64,000 nucleotides of DNA, from contig NC_043000.1 of the NCBI RefSeq assembly GCF_006345805.1, positions 94,736,001 to 94,800,000 on the forward strand, given 5' to 3'. This DNA is from Octopus sinensis. Lineage: Eukaryota. Position numbers and translations under genes: made by a program. This document shows positions 12,098-24,304 of this stretch, in pieces (positions within the stretch are counted from its first letter, which is position 1; the number at the start of each line of letters is the position of its first letter). Under the pieces are notes generated by a model. The model was not told the DNA's origin and did not search any database. It saw only the letters and a list, made by a program, of their open reading frames with translations.

Positions 12098-14774
12098 TTT
12101 GTAAGAGATTTGGCTGCTATTCGAGAATAGAGGTAAAAGCTTGCTCGTTAACTAGGGTTTAGTCAAATAAGAAGTTTGGAGATATATTTTCCACAGCCTA
12201 CTTTCGACCACTTAAATGTCTTCGGTGCACCAGGCATGAAGTAGAGTTGCTGCCAAATGGTCACTTAATGTAAAACTGCTGGAACTCTAGTCAGGAGTTT
12301 GGTTTTGCGAGGTGAGTTGAACCGAACTGTGTATGAAAGTGAGAGAGAGAGAGTGAGAGAAAGAGAAAGTGAGAGAGAGAAAATTTTCTGACATTGTAAT
12401 TCACAATATTTCGCTGAAATAAATAATAATTCTATATTGGAATAAGATTTACTAGCAAAGGTTATGCCGACAGATCAGAATAGATATCATACTGGTGTTA
12501 ACAGAGTAAAAGTAAACTAACGAAGATTGCTGAAAGTATGAGAGCAAAATATGATTAATCTAATAAAAATAGTGAATTAATATGGCTTGGGAAAACGAGC
12601 TCCTTCCAATATTATTTATTTGTATTTTATCTCTCAGAAAGAAATATTCCGTTCTATCCAAGTATTATGATAAGGAATATGCGAGTTATTAGCTAATGAT
12701 ACGAAAAATTATATGCATGTATTCCATAAAAAGAAACTACATTGCAAAAAGCTATAAATGCAGGAGCAGATAAGTTATGAAAGAAATAAATACAGATAGT
12801 TTGCTAACGTAAAGAATGGAGGAAAAGTTTATTACATTCTGAAATAATCTTCCCAAGTGGAAATAAATGAAAAGAAATAATTGGAGTTGGTTATGATAGA
12901 GAAAGAAATAGTGTCGTTTATATTGCAAAAAAATGCATTTAGAATGTTTACGTTGTATACGATGTGACATATGCGTTGAAAATAGTCTAATATAAGAAAT
13001 AAGGTATGAACATATCGGAAGTAAATATTACCTTAGGAAGCATGAGCGTTAAATGATTGTATATGTATTAAAGAGCACGCAGATTTGCTACGATCAGTAG
13101 CCTGTTTATTCCCGTGGAGACATGTTATAAGCATCATCATAATCTGAGATCGAACATACCCGACTCTATTCCATTACCTTTCACGATGCCGTTATATCGT
13201 CCGTGAGTGTAGCAAGGTAATAACATAGCGTGTCCGCACACAGCTGATGGTAAGCAATTCTGCTGGATGGCAGACATATGTATATCCATTTTGATCTTTC
13301 CATTGGGTGGTATCACAAATAAATTCCCGAAAAAATGCATTCATCTCTCAAATGACATCAATAATTGCAAAGGACTGCCATACATTTTGTGATAGGATAC
13401 TTTTTCCAAGAGATATTCAGAACTCCCGGAAATATGCGGCTTTGAATGCTACTCAGCTTTGTACTGACGCTACAGTGACACTGAAGAAACTTCTGACACG
13501 GTCAGAGAGCAATGTTTTCCATATGACACAGAGATCATGAAGAAGATTTTACACTTTTCTTTGGCTTCTTAGTTTACGAAAGATCTATATAGTTCAACGT
13601 TTTATGCTTGATTGTGCTTCTTAAGACCTCCTGATTCTATTAGACGTATTCAATTGTTAAGGCATTGACATTATGACAAATATCTTCTTCCTCTTTTTGA
13701 GGGTCATGTAAAGAAGATGATAACGTGTGAGATGATGTATACGAAGAGAACAATATTGTTGGCATAATATAATTTTTATAGATAGGAGAAGGGGAAAGGA
13801 TATTTAATTGAAGTTTAAAGGACATAGTCAAGGCAGCTGACAAATAGGAATGGCGAAAGATAATCGCCTTGAAAGACGCCTGGAAAGAAATTAGGTACCT
13901 CAATCAGGTGATCATATTTTAGCTCTTATGAACTTGCATAGCATCATTTCTATTGTTACTATTTCTTGAGCTAAACGTACAATGTACGACAAAAAGATCC
14001 TTCAGATTCACCAACCTTGATAAACGTTTTTACAGCAAACACACGGTATGCAGCGGTCCAAAATATGACGGTAGCTGAAAAAAAATGGTAGAACATTAGC
14101 TATATATGGAGACACTATTACTGTCTTACTTCACTAGCAGTGGGCTGCAGCAGTAATGATGTTATACAAGCAGTGAGAAAAATTTGCCCAATTTACCTCG
14201 ATGTACCTTATGATAAATCGGAGTATCTTATAAGAAATCCACCCGCCATGACTACTTCTAGAGTTTTAGGCCTGATTCAATGAGGCTTTTGTCTTTTAAG
14301 ATATCTCCAACCGATATTTCCTGAACCCGTCTTCGCATCTTCGTAAGACCTAATGATTTGGTTGTATACGGCTCAGCAACGTTTTATTTTGTAGATTTTT
14401 GATGCATTTCTCGTAAGGTTAATCTCTTTGTAACATGTAGCCATGTCTAAACGAACTTTCTTCAGGAATACAAAATAATTGAAAATATACGTGATGTTTT
14501 AATCATAAAGATTATGAAATATAAATATGTAAAAACGTGGTAACTGAGGAAAGATGTATGAACTTAATAATTAAAAGAATGTATACTTCGGCGGAAAAAT
14601 CTCAGTATAACTTAGGATATGTCATAAATATACAATATTTACAATAGTACTGTAGAGAATATAGATTCGGTTTATGTAAATTACGAAATATATATTATAT
14701 ATACGGACGTTGTTTTATTCAGTACTGAACATAAAGTGGGGATATACATTCACTATATGTGTGTACTTGTATAT

Positions 14775-14775
14775 A

Positions 14776-14855
<80 letters not shown>

Positions 14856-15007
14856 TGTGTGTGTGTGTGTGTGTGCCTGTGTGTGTGTCTGTGTGTATGT
14901 CTGTGTGTGGTGTGTGTCTGTGTGTGTCTGTGTGTCTGTGTGTGTGTCTGTGTGTCTGTGTGTCTGTGTGTATGTGTGAGTGTATGTGTCTGTGTATGTG
15001 TGTGTGT
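14775..15007. repeat. (TA)n/(TG)n/(TCTG) microsatellite
   Basis: Direct simple repeats. Confidence 0.95.
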
Positions 15008-15024
15008 CATATAATTAACTCTAG

Positions 15025-15445
15025 ATAAGACTTCCATTATCTCCTTCAAATCGGGACTCAACTGCCGAGGTACCCAATTTGTACATGCTTTTCAATACCC
15101 AAAATCTTCCACCATCTTCTCTAATGCATTGTGAGCACGGTTTTGTTGTGCAGCCATCTTATGAATTGTGATTCATCTGTCCAAATGAATCGATTTGACC
15201 GCTCGCTGGCGATTAGAACCAGTAGTTGTAGTTTATTGCCTTTTAATGGGTTTTTTTTTATCTACAATATTGGTTTCTTGTTCTTTAAAATTCTTCATCA
15301 ATGTGTACATTGATTTTCTCAGCATTGTCATCTCCGTAAACAACTTGTAGTCTTCTTCATGGCGGACAGGTAGCATCTCTTCCTTTGTCAAGAACTCAAC
15401 GCCGGTGCGTTCCTTCCGCTTAAGATCCATTACAAGGTGTAATTT
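15025..15445 (-). mobile_element. mariner transposase N-terminal relic
   Basis: MDLKRKERTGVEFLTKEE...FKEQETNI...LGY-like FGY*KACTNWVPRQL, matching the mariner HTH region and WVP(H/R)xL motif, with stops. Confidence 0.75.
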
Positions 15446-15737
15446 GAACGACCTCTGTCAATCACTATAAAAGGTTTACCTACAGTTGAATTATTTTCTG
15501 TACAACTCTAGTCCCTTGTCCAAAAATGACACTTCAACACAGTATTTGTCAGTAAATGAGGCAAGGACACCATTTACAAACAAGTATCTGAGACTGGCCT
15601 GCAAAGGACATTTGTTGTGTCATTGATATTAGCGATTAGGCACGTATTTTTGAGAATGAGCATACTAATCGTTATTTCATTGAGAACAATTCAATTAATT
15701 GATTTGGTGTAGAAGGATATAACTTATCGCAGGTTCT

Positions 15738-15906
15738 TAGATAGATAGATAGATGAATGGATGGATAGATAGATAGATCGATGTATGGATGGATGGATGG
15801 ATGGATGGATGGATAGATGGATGGATGGATGGATGGATGGGCGGGCGGGCGGACGGACGGACGAACAGACAGACAGAGAGACAGGCAGATAGGTAGGTAG
15901 GCAGGC

Positions 15907-16004
<98 letters not shown>

Positions 16005-16070
16005 GTAGGTAGGCAGGTAGGCAGGTAGGCAGGTAGGCAGGCAGGCGGATGGATGGATAGATGGATGGAT

Positions 16071-16115
<45 letters not shown>

Positions 16116-16126
16116 TATATATATAT

Positions 16127-16202
<76 letters not shown>

Positions 16203-16207
16203 GCAGG

Positions 16208-16268
<61 letters not shown>
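15738..16268. repeat. compound tetranucleotide array (GATA/GATG/GGCG/GACG/GACA/GGCA/GGTA)
   Basis: Direct simple repeats. Confidence 0.95.
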
Positions 16269-16271
<3 letters not shown>

Positions 16272-16328
16272 CTTCAAAAAATACATCCTACAACAACATT
16301 TTAAAAAGTAAAGGATAAAGGGTAAAAA

Positions 16329-16646
16329 CACCCTTGGGGCACGAATGACCATGGGATAGCACATAGAAAGTTCCCCTCCTAGGCATAATCCGGGCAAGAT
16401 TGTTTATGGAGCACCAACAGTCGCCCATGCATACCAGCTTCCCATCTCCATGCCAAGGGAAAGGCAAAGGCTGATACAGCTTGGCACATGTGACGTCGCA
16501 ACTCATTTCTACAGCTGAGTGAACTGGAGCAACGTCAAATAAAGTGTCTTGCTTGAGAACACAACACACAGTCCGGTCCGGGAATCGAACTCACCACCTA
16601 ATGATTGTGAGTCCGACGCACTAAGCACTGGATCATATGCCTTCAC
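16329..16646 (-). mobile_element. tRNA-derived SINE, family C (CORE-like central domain)
   Basis: The reverse complement has a tRNA-like head (GTGAAGGC...GAGTTCGATTCCCGG) and CAAGCAAGACACTTTATTTGACGTTGCTCCAGTTCACTCAGCTGTAGAAATG, resembling the CORE-SINE domain. Homologues at 34387, 41266 and 46770. Confidence 0.8.
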
Positions 16647-16816
16647 AAAGTACCTATCACCATATATGCAGAGTTGGAATAGACAAGGCTGTATTCCTTT
16701 TTATCACAAATCTTCTCGATCAGACCTAACTCGGACATAAACAACGATAACAACTTAAATAATTAAATTCAATTTACAATATTATATATTTCGCTTTTAT
16801 TATAATTGTGATGATT

Positions 16817-17190
16817 AAGGCGGTGAGCTGGCAGAATCGTTGGCACGCCGGGCAAAATGCTTAGCGGCATTTCACTCGTTGCTACGTTCTGAGTTCAAAT
16901 TCCGCCGTTGTGTACTGGAATCGATATAATTCCACCACATTTCAGGCCTTGTGAATATAGTAAAAAGGATTATTATTGTGATTATTAAGGGGACGGGCTG
17001 GCAGAATCGTTGGCACACCAGGCAAAATTTTTAGCCGCATTTCGATCTGAGTTCAAATTACGCCGAGGTAGATGTTGCCTTTCATCCTTTTGAGGCCAAT
17101 AAAATAAGTGCCACTTCGAGAGTGAGGTAGATATTATCGACTTTCCATTCTTCGGAATTGTTGGTCTTGTGCCAAAATTTGTTTCAAATC
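16817..17190 (+). mobile_element. two adjacent SINE family B copies
   Basis: Heads GGCGGTGAGCTGGCAGAATCGTTGGCAC (16819) and GGGCTGGCAGAATCGTTGGCAC (~16995), each with B-box GAGTTCAAATT. Confidence 0.8.
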
Positions 17191-17384
17191 TTCGCAATCT
17201 CAAATTTTAAAAGGTATATTTTTAACTTTTCATCTACTTCCATCACAATCATATACATGAGCGATCAACAGATAAGCAAATTCGTTTTTCCTTTCTATTA
17301 TTGTAGCATCCGACTTGTTTTATTCTGTGTTGTTGTTGTTTTCCCGAAGTTATTACATTTTAATTTAATTAGCAAGTATTATCT

Positions 17385-18195
17385 TTAAGTCTGGTGTCAA
17401 CAAGTCTCCTCAACTTTCAAGAATCTTTCCGGGTTCTCCAGCAGAATACAGGATGGCATTTCCTGCTGATCGACAATGCGAGTCTCAATTCCAATATCTT
17501 TCAATATCTTAGTTAACATTTCCGGTGCGTGCCAGAGGCGCCAATTAGCACAAGATTAATCATTGTCTTAGTATTCCACAATTTCTTCAACCCCCTAGCT
17601 AGGTTCTGATATTTTTCATTTATTTCCATTTCTTTGATGTTGACTCTGTTATCATATAGAATTGCAAAATCTATGATTTTACAGTTTATTATGTCCCACA
17701 TAATGATATATGTTCTTCCAACTTGAATGGTATGGTTAGTCTCTATAGAGAAGTTTCATAGGATCTTGTAATGCTTATTCTCTATCACAGCTTGTTTTGT
17801 GCTCATACGCCTTTCCTTCTATTTCGAAGCTACACACTTGGTTAGTATCTCGACACCTGTGCTTATAATCTTTTGGTGCTAACTTTCAGTATTCACTCAA
17901 AGGCTAATTGATACCTTCCGCTCCTTTCCTGCAGATTATACATTTGCTTTCTGACTGAGGTTATGTTGATCACATTCATTCTAATGGCTTTTTCCTGAGC
18001 GGCTATCATTAGCGCTTCGGTCTCTCGTTCTAGGTGTTCTTCCGTCAGCCATAGCAACAGCCTTTATTTCCAAAATCTTCGTTTCGATGCATGAATTTGG
18101 CCAATTCTTCCCATGTGTTTGCTCTGTTGTTCTGCCTTCCGTTCTTAAGTTTTTCTACTGTTTCAGCTAATTTAGAGGCATCACTAGCTGCCGAT
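17385..18195 (-). mobile_element. old, degraded R4-like (REL) LINE 3' end
   Basis: The minus strand gives LMIAAQEKAIRMNV... and MWDIINCKIIDFAILYDNRVNIKEMEINEKYQNLARGLKKLWNTKTMINLVLIGASG, homologous to the IAAQ and K..KY..L...W...IIVGALG motifs of the copies at 19209-23036. Confidence 0.7.
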
Positions 18196-18199
18196 TATT

Positions 18200-18415
18200 A
18201 AAATTCTGGCAGAATCGTTAGCACATCGGAGAAAATGCTTAGCGACATTTCGTCTTTCAGTTTTCAAGTTCAAATTCTGCCGGGATCATCTTAGCCTTAC
18301 ATACTTTCGGAGTCGATAGAATAAATACTAGTTGGGCACTGTGGTGGTTAAAATCGACTTAACCCATCCCCCGATGTCGCTAGCATTGTGCCAAAATTTG
18401 AAATTATTATTATGA
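18200..18415 (+). mobile_element. SINE family B copy
   Basis: CTGGCAGAATCGTTAGCAC...GTTCAAATTCTGCCG...TTGTGCCAAAATTTGAAA. Confidence 0.75.
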
Positions 18416-18531
18416 TTTATTTTATCTTCCACCGAGGTAGATCAACTTAGTGTTTTATTCGAGGATCGATAAAATAAATAATAGTCAAGTACTAGGGTAA
18501 ACGTAATTGACTTACAGAGCTTGTAGAAAGG

Positions 18532-18557
18532 ATTATTATTATCATTATTATTATTAC

Positions 18558-18611
<54 letters not shown>

Positions 18612-18646
18612 CATTATTTTTATTGCTGTTGTTGTTGTTATTATTA

Positions 18647-18690
<44 letters not shown>
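18532..18690. repeat. (TAT)n = (TAA)n microsatellite
   Basis: Direct simple repeat. Confidence 0.95.
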
Positions 18691-19035
18691 GAGTGAGAGA
18701 GCAGTGCATGCGATCAAAGTGACACTGGGGTAAAATATACGAAGCCCAGTATACTCATCATGACTACCCGTCTAAGAAATACTTTCAACACGCGGCTATG
18801 ATGCTCCCCCACTACTTCTTCTCATGATCAGATATGCACATATCGTCAGCCACTAAGGGACGTGGTCAATTGGTTAAGGTCAAACAACTGACAAGCAAAT
18901 ATGTGGTACTGAGCAGAATATTTGCTGTAGCCCATCTTTTATACCAAGACAAAACAATGTACATGATAACACTTCCAATCAGTAAAGATCAGAAGCCATG
19001 AGAACCACTGTCTGCTACTGCATCAGGACAGTTAT
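18691..19035 (-). mobile_element. unclassified non-coding element between (TAA)n and (ATC)n arrays
   Basis: 345 bp of complex sequence with sharp borders. On the minus strand it ends ...CTGCTCTCTCACTC-AATAATAA, a (TAA)n tail in the same polarity as the adjacent R4-like copies. No tRNA head or ORF seen. Confidence 0.5.
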
Positions 19036-19069
<34 letters not shown>

Positions 19070-19129
19070 GTCGTCGTCGTCATCATTATCATCATCATCA
19101 TCATCATCTTCATCATCATCATCATCATC

Positions 19130-19208
<79 letters not shown>

Positions 19209-19211
<3 letters not shown>

Positions 19212-20270
19212 TAGTTTTATTTTTATAGCGTGCTTTCACTTCACCACCGAGCACAGCTCTGTGTGCCTTGGGTATGTGCTGTGATTTGTTGTGATGCTCT
19301 GATGGTTATTGTATGGAAAGTGTTCTGCGTAGGATGTGTGCAGTGCCTAGTAGTGCAATTTTCTGTATGTTATATGTGTTTGTAAGTCCTGGTGTTTTTG
19401 TTATGTATTTGTCTGAATATTTTTTTATCATGCCTAATGCACCTACTATGATAGGAATTGTTTCTGTTTTCAGATTCCACATTCTAGTTACCTCTATTTC
19501 CAGGTCTTTGTATTTTGAGAGTTTCTCCATTTCTTTTAGAGACGCGTTGTCATCAGCCGGTATTGATACATCAATTAGAAAGCATTTTTTTTCTTCATGA
19601 TCTCTGACAACTATATCTGGTCTGTTGGCCTTAATTTCTCTATCTGTGTGTATCGGCATATCCCAGAGTATGGTTGCTTTCTCGTTTTCTGTGACCTTTT
19701 CTGGTGTGTGCCTATACCATCTTTTTTCTGTTGTTATTCCATAATGTTGGCATAGCTTCCAGTGTATGTAGGTCCCATCTCTGTCATATCTGTGAATATA
19801 TTCCTTCTTAGCCAGGACTGGGCAGCTAGAGATAATATGATTTATTGTTTCTTGTCCATCTCCACATATTCTGCAGTTACTTGTAATATTTCTTTTCATT
19901 ACATGTTTTTGGTAATTTCTGGGGGGGGGGCTTTGGTCTTGTGCTGCAATTAAAAATCCCTCTGTTTCTGCTTTGAGTCCTGAGCTTCTCAGCCATTGCT
20001 GGGATTTTTCTTTGTCTATTTCTTTTGCGTTTAGTTTAGTCCAGTATTTACCATGAAGGGGCTTTTCTTGCCATCGTTTTATCATGGTTCGTTGCTGTTC
20101 TATTTTTAGTTTGGATTTCATTTGTTTTATAGCTTTTGTTGTTTCTTCATCTTCTTCATGTTTATTAGGTGGTATGATTTCTTGTTTGTATTTGTCAGCT
20201 TCCTTAAATACTGAGAACAGTTTTTGTTTTGCTCGTGTTTTGCCGCTATCTGGATCAGTTTTCCTTCCTT
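19209..20270 (-). mobile_element. R4/Dong-like LINE 3' fragment, copy A
   Basis: 271-aa ORF (19306-20121) with zinc knuckle CRICGDGQETINHIISSC, REL motif RPDIVVRDHEEKKCFLIDV and KLSKYKDL. The 3' UTR ends in (TAA)n, and (TAA)n also lies at the 5' truncation. Confidence 0.9.
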
Positions 20271-20283
20271 ATTATTATTATCA

Positions 20284-20371
<88 letters not shown>

Positions 20372-20374
<3 letters not shown>

Positions 20375-21434
20375 TAGTTTTATTTTTATAGCGGGCTTTC
20401 ACTTCACCACCGAGCACAGCTCTGTGTGCCTTGGGTATGTGCTGTGATTTGTTGTGATGCTCTGATGGTTATTGTATGGAAAGTGTTCTGCGTAGGATGT
20501 GTGCAGTGCCTAGTAGTGCAATTTTCTGTATGTTATATGTGTTTGTAAGTCCTGGTGTTTTTGTTATGTATTTGTCTGAATATTTTTTTATCATGCCTAA
20601 TGCACCTACTATGATAGGAATTGTTTCTGTTTTCAGATTCCACATTCTAGTTACCTCTATTTCCAGGTCTTTGTATTTTGAGAGTTTCTCCATTTCTTTT
20701 AGAGACGCGTTGTCATCAGCCGGTATTGATACATCAATTAGAAAGCATTTTTTTTCTTCATGATCTCTGACAACTATATCTGGTCTGTTGGCCTTAATTT
20801 CTCTATCTGTGTGTATCGGCATATCCCAGAGTATGGTTGCTTTCTCGTTTTCTGTGACCTTTTCTGGTGTGTGCCTATACCATCTTTTTTCTGTTGTTAT
20901 TCCATAATGTTGGCATAGCTTCCAGTGTATGTAGGTCCCATCTCTGTCATATCTGTGAATATATTCCTTCTTAGCCAGGACTGGGCAGCTAGAGATAATA
21001 TGATTTATTGTTTCTTGTCCATCTCCACATATTCTGCAGTTACTTGTAATATTTCTTTTCATTACATGTTTTTGGTAATTTCGGGGGGGGGGGCTTTGGT
21101 CTTGTGCTGCAATTAAAAATCCCTCTGTTTCTGCTTTGAGTCCTGAGCTTCTCAGCCATTGCTGGGATTTTTCTTTGTCTATTTCTTTTGCGTTTAGTTT
21201 AGTCCAGTATTTACCATGAAGGGGCTTTTCTTGCCATCGTTTTATCATGGTTCGTTGCTGTTCTATTTTTAGTTTGGATTTCATTTGTTTTATAGCTTTT
21301 GTTGTTTCTTCATCTTCTTCATGTTTATTAGGTGGTATGATTTCTTGTTTGTATTTGTCAGCTTCCTTAAATACTGAGAACAGCTTTTTGTTTTGCTCGT
21401 GTTTTGCCGCTATCTGGATCAGTTTTCCTTCCTT
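20372..21434 (-). mobile_element. R4/Dong-like LINE 3' fragment, copy B (twin of A)
   Basis: Identical 271-aa translation, offset 1163 bp, with the same 5' truncation point (...TTCCTTCCTT|ATT). Confidence 0.9.
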
Positions 21435-21444
21435 ATTATTATTA

Positions 21445-21519
<75 letters not shown>

Positions 21520-21542
21520 TATTATTATTATTATTATTATTA

Positions 21543-21580
<38 letters not shown>

Positions 21581-21581
<1 letters not shown>

Positions 21582-23036
21582 GGTAATTTTATTTTTATAG
21601 CGTGCTTTCACTTCACTACCGAGCGCAGCTCTGTGTGCCTTGGGTATGTGCTGTGATTTGTTGTGATGCTCTGATGGTTATTGTATGGAAAGTGTTCTGC
21701 GTAGGATATGTGCAGTGCCTAGTAGTGCAATTTTCTGTATGTTATATGTGTTTGTAAGTCCTGGTGTTTTTGTTATGTATTTGTCTGAATATTTTTTATC
21801 ATGCCTAATGCACCTACTATGATAGAAATTGTTTCTGTTTCTAGATTCCACATTCTGGTTACCTCTATTTCCAGGTCTTTGTATTTTGAGAGTTTCTCCA
21901 TTTCTTTTAGAGACACGTTGACATCTGCTGGTATTGATACATCAATTAGAAAGCATTTTTTTTCTTCATGATCTCTGACAACTATATCTGGTCTGTTGGC
22001 CTTAATTTCTCTATCTGTGTGTATCGGTATATCCCAAAGTATGGTTGCTTTCTCGTTTTCTGTGACCTCTTCTGGTGTGTGCCTATACCATCTTTTTTCT
22101 GTTGTTATTCCGTAATGTTGGCATAGCTTCCAGTGTATGTAGGTCCCAACTCTGTCATGTCTGTGAATATATTCCTTCTTAGCCAGGACTGGGCAACCAG
22201 AGATAATATGATTTATTGTTTCTTGTCCATCTCCATATATTCTGCAGTTACTTGTTATATTTCTTTTCATTACATGTTGTTGGTAATTTCTGGTGGGGAG
22301 GCATTGGTTTTGTGCTGCAATTAAAAATCCCTCTGTCTCTGTTTGAGTCCTGAGCTTCTCAACCATTGCTGGGATTTTTCTTTGTCTATTTCTTTTGCAT
22401 TTAGTTTAGTCCAGTATTTACCTTGAAGGGGCTTTTCTTGCCATCGTTTTATCATGGTTCGTTGCTGTTCTAGTTTTAGTTTGGATTTCATTTGTTTTAT
22501 AGCTTTTGTTGGTTCTTCATCTTCTTCTTCTTCTTCATATTTGTTAGGTGGTATAATTTCTTGTTTGTATTTATCAGCTTCCTTAAATACTGAGAACAGT
22601 TTTTTGTTTTGCTCGTGTTTTGCTCGTGTTTTGCCGCTATTTGTATCAGTTTTCCTTCCTTCTGAAGTAGATATTTTTGCAGTCCTATGGTGGTTATTTT
22701 ATAGTAGTTTTCCAGCTGTATAAGGCCTCTACCACCTTCTATTCGTTGTATATATAGTCTTTCAATGTCAGATTTTGGGTGATGCATCCTAGATCCTGTC
22801 ATTATTTTTCTTGTTTTCCTATCTATTTTGGTCAGTCCATTTAGTGTCCAGTTAAGGATATTGTAGCTGTAACTTATAACTGGGACAGCTAAAGTGTTAA
22901 TACCTATTATTTTGTTTTTAGCATTGAGCTCTGTTTTTAATATTGATCTAACTCGTCTATAATATTCTTTTTTTATTTTCTCTTTCATTTGTGTGTTTTG
23001 TGTCTTATCTATCATTTGTGTGTGTTGTGTCTTATC
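21581..23036 (-). mobile_element. R4/Dong-like LINE 3' fragment, copy C (longer, frameshifted)
   Basis: Same family. It extends upstream into the RT thumb (ELNAKNKIIGINTLAVPVISYS...HHPKSDIERLYIQRIEGGRGL), retains RHDRVG, and has (TAA)n on both sides. Confidence 0.9.
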
Positions 23037-23100
<64 letters not shown>

Positions 23101-23108
23101 CATTATTA

Positions 23109-23140
<32 letters not shown>
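23037..23140. repeat. (TAT)n microsatellite
   Basis: Direct simple repeat. Confidence 0.95.
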
Positions 23141-23142
<2 letters not shown>

Positions 23143-23340
23143 GACAGTGAGCTGGAAGATTCGATAGAATATGCCTTGTGCCTATATAAGAACGAATTAT
23201 TTGTGCATGCCTTATTGACACGGAAACATTTGTTTAGATCCATTTCACGTATCATTAAAACTATTTCTCCTGCGCTTATTCCTTATCTAAATTTTTAAAA
23301 AAATTCAGTCAAGGTACTGCATATATAATGATTGTAGTAT

Positions 23341-23824
23341 AGCTTATAAAAATAAAAGAGCACCGACATCGCGAGGAAACTCGCTACGTTGGGAGCGAAC
23401 AGCAGAGAAATCTTCAGAGGAAGAACTCCCGTCAAGCACGTGTTCTGGCCCCTTAGTTTGTAACGTTCTAAGGAAGCCGAACCCACCTATGTTATGACTT
23501 CTATTCGTCCTCCTACTGTACTTGAAATGCAATCCTTAGTGCGGAAGTTATCCTAGAATTGCATCATAGAGCATGACATGCTCTTTTGTTTTCTGACGGT
23601 GACCTTTAAAGACTGTAGGTTTGATTTGAGGGACATGTTATTGTTATTTCTAGCGCTCTTTGCGACCACATACTTATCCATCCGTAGAAAATGTTCTGTG
23701 TTGTTAAATAAATTTATATTGGAGGTGGAAAAAAGATTAAATTTTGCTAAGAATTTAATAAGTGAATATACGCACTAATTCCAACTGCTTCTCCGATGTC
23801 GTTGCTCTTTTATTTTTATAAGCT
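23341..23824. mobile_element. MITE-like element with 31-bp TIRs
   Basis: AGCTTATAAAAATAAAAGAGCACCGACATCG (23341-23371) versus the reverse complement of 23794-23824, AGCTTATAAAAATAAAAGAGCAACGACATCG: 30/31 identical. No coding capacity seen. Confidence 0.7.
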
Positions 23825-24304
23825 CCATTAAAATCAGTATTATGCAGTACAATAACCTATTTTTCTTTCTTATTTTAGAGAAGGTTCAACTTGCTAGAAT
23901 AAGCTGCTGTCATTTTAATTGCAAAAACACCTACGTTTGAATTAAGCTGGAGGTAGGGGCAGAATGATGATTAAACAATTCTATCTATTTTCTATTTTCA
24001 AGATGGAAGTCTATTTCTGGACGACGATAATGAGTAGTCAAGAGTTTCAGATTCCAAGGAACTTGAGATTGTCATAATTGCTATGTCAAGTAATGCTGAA
24101 TATTTGTTTCCTGCTGTTTTTCTTAAATACCTTTAGATTGCCGAAGATGTGCAAACATTTTCGTATCTTACAAACATATACAAACACATACGCACGCGCA
24201 CACAAACACACACACACAAATAGATATATATATGTATAGTAATAAAGAAGAAGTTCAATTATCCTTCACGTGGTGAGTTGTAATGCAAAAAATATAGAAA
24301 ATAG

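Noticed and set aside
13640-14400. Several 40-90 aa open frames in unique sequence
   Set aside because: No recognisable homology or consistent splice signals; lengths are within chance expectation.
16817-16900. tRNA-like A/B boxes here and in other SINE heads
   Set aside because: No complete cloverleaf; each continues into a shared SINE body.
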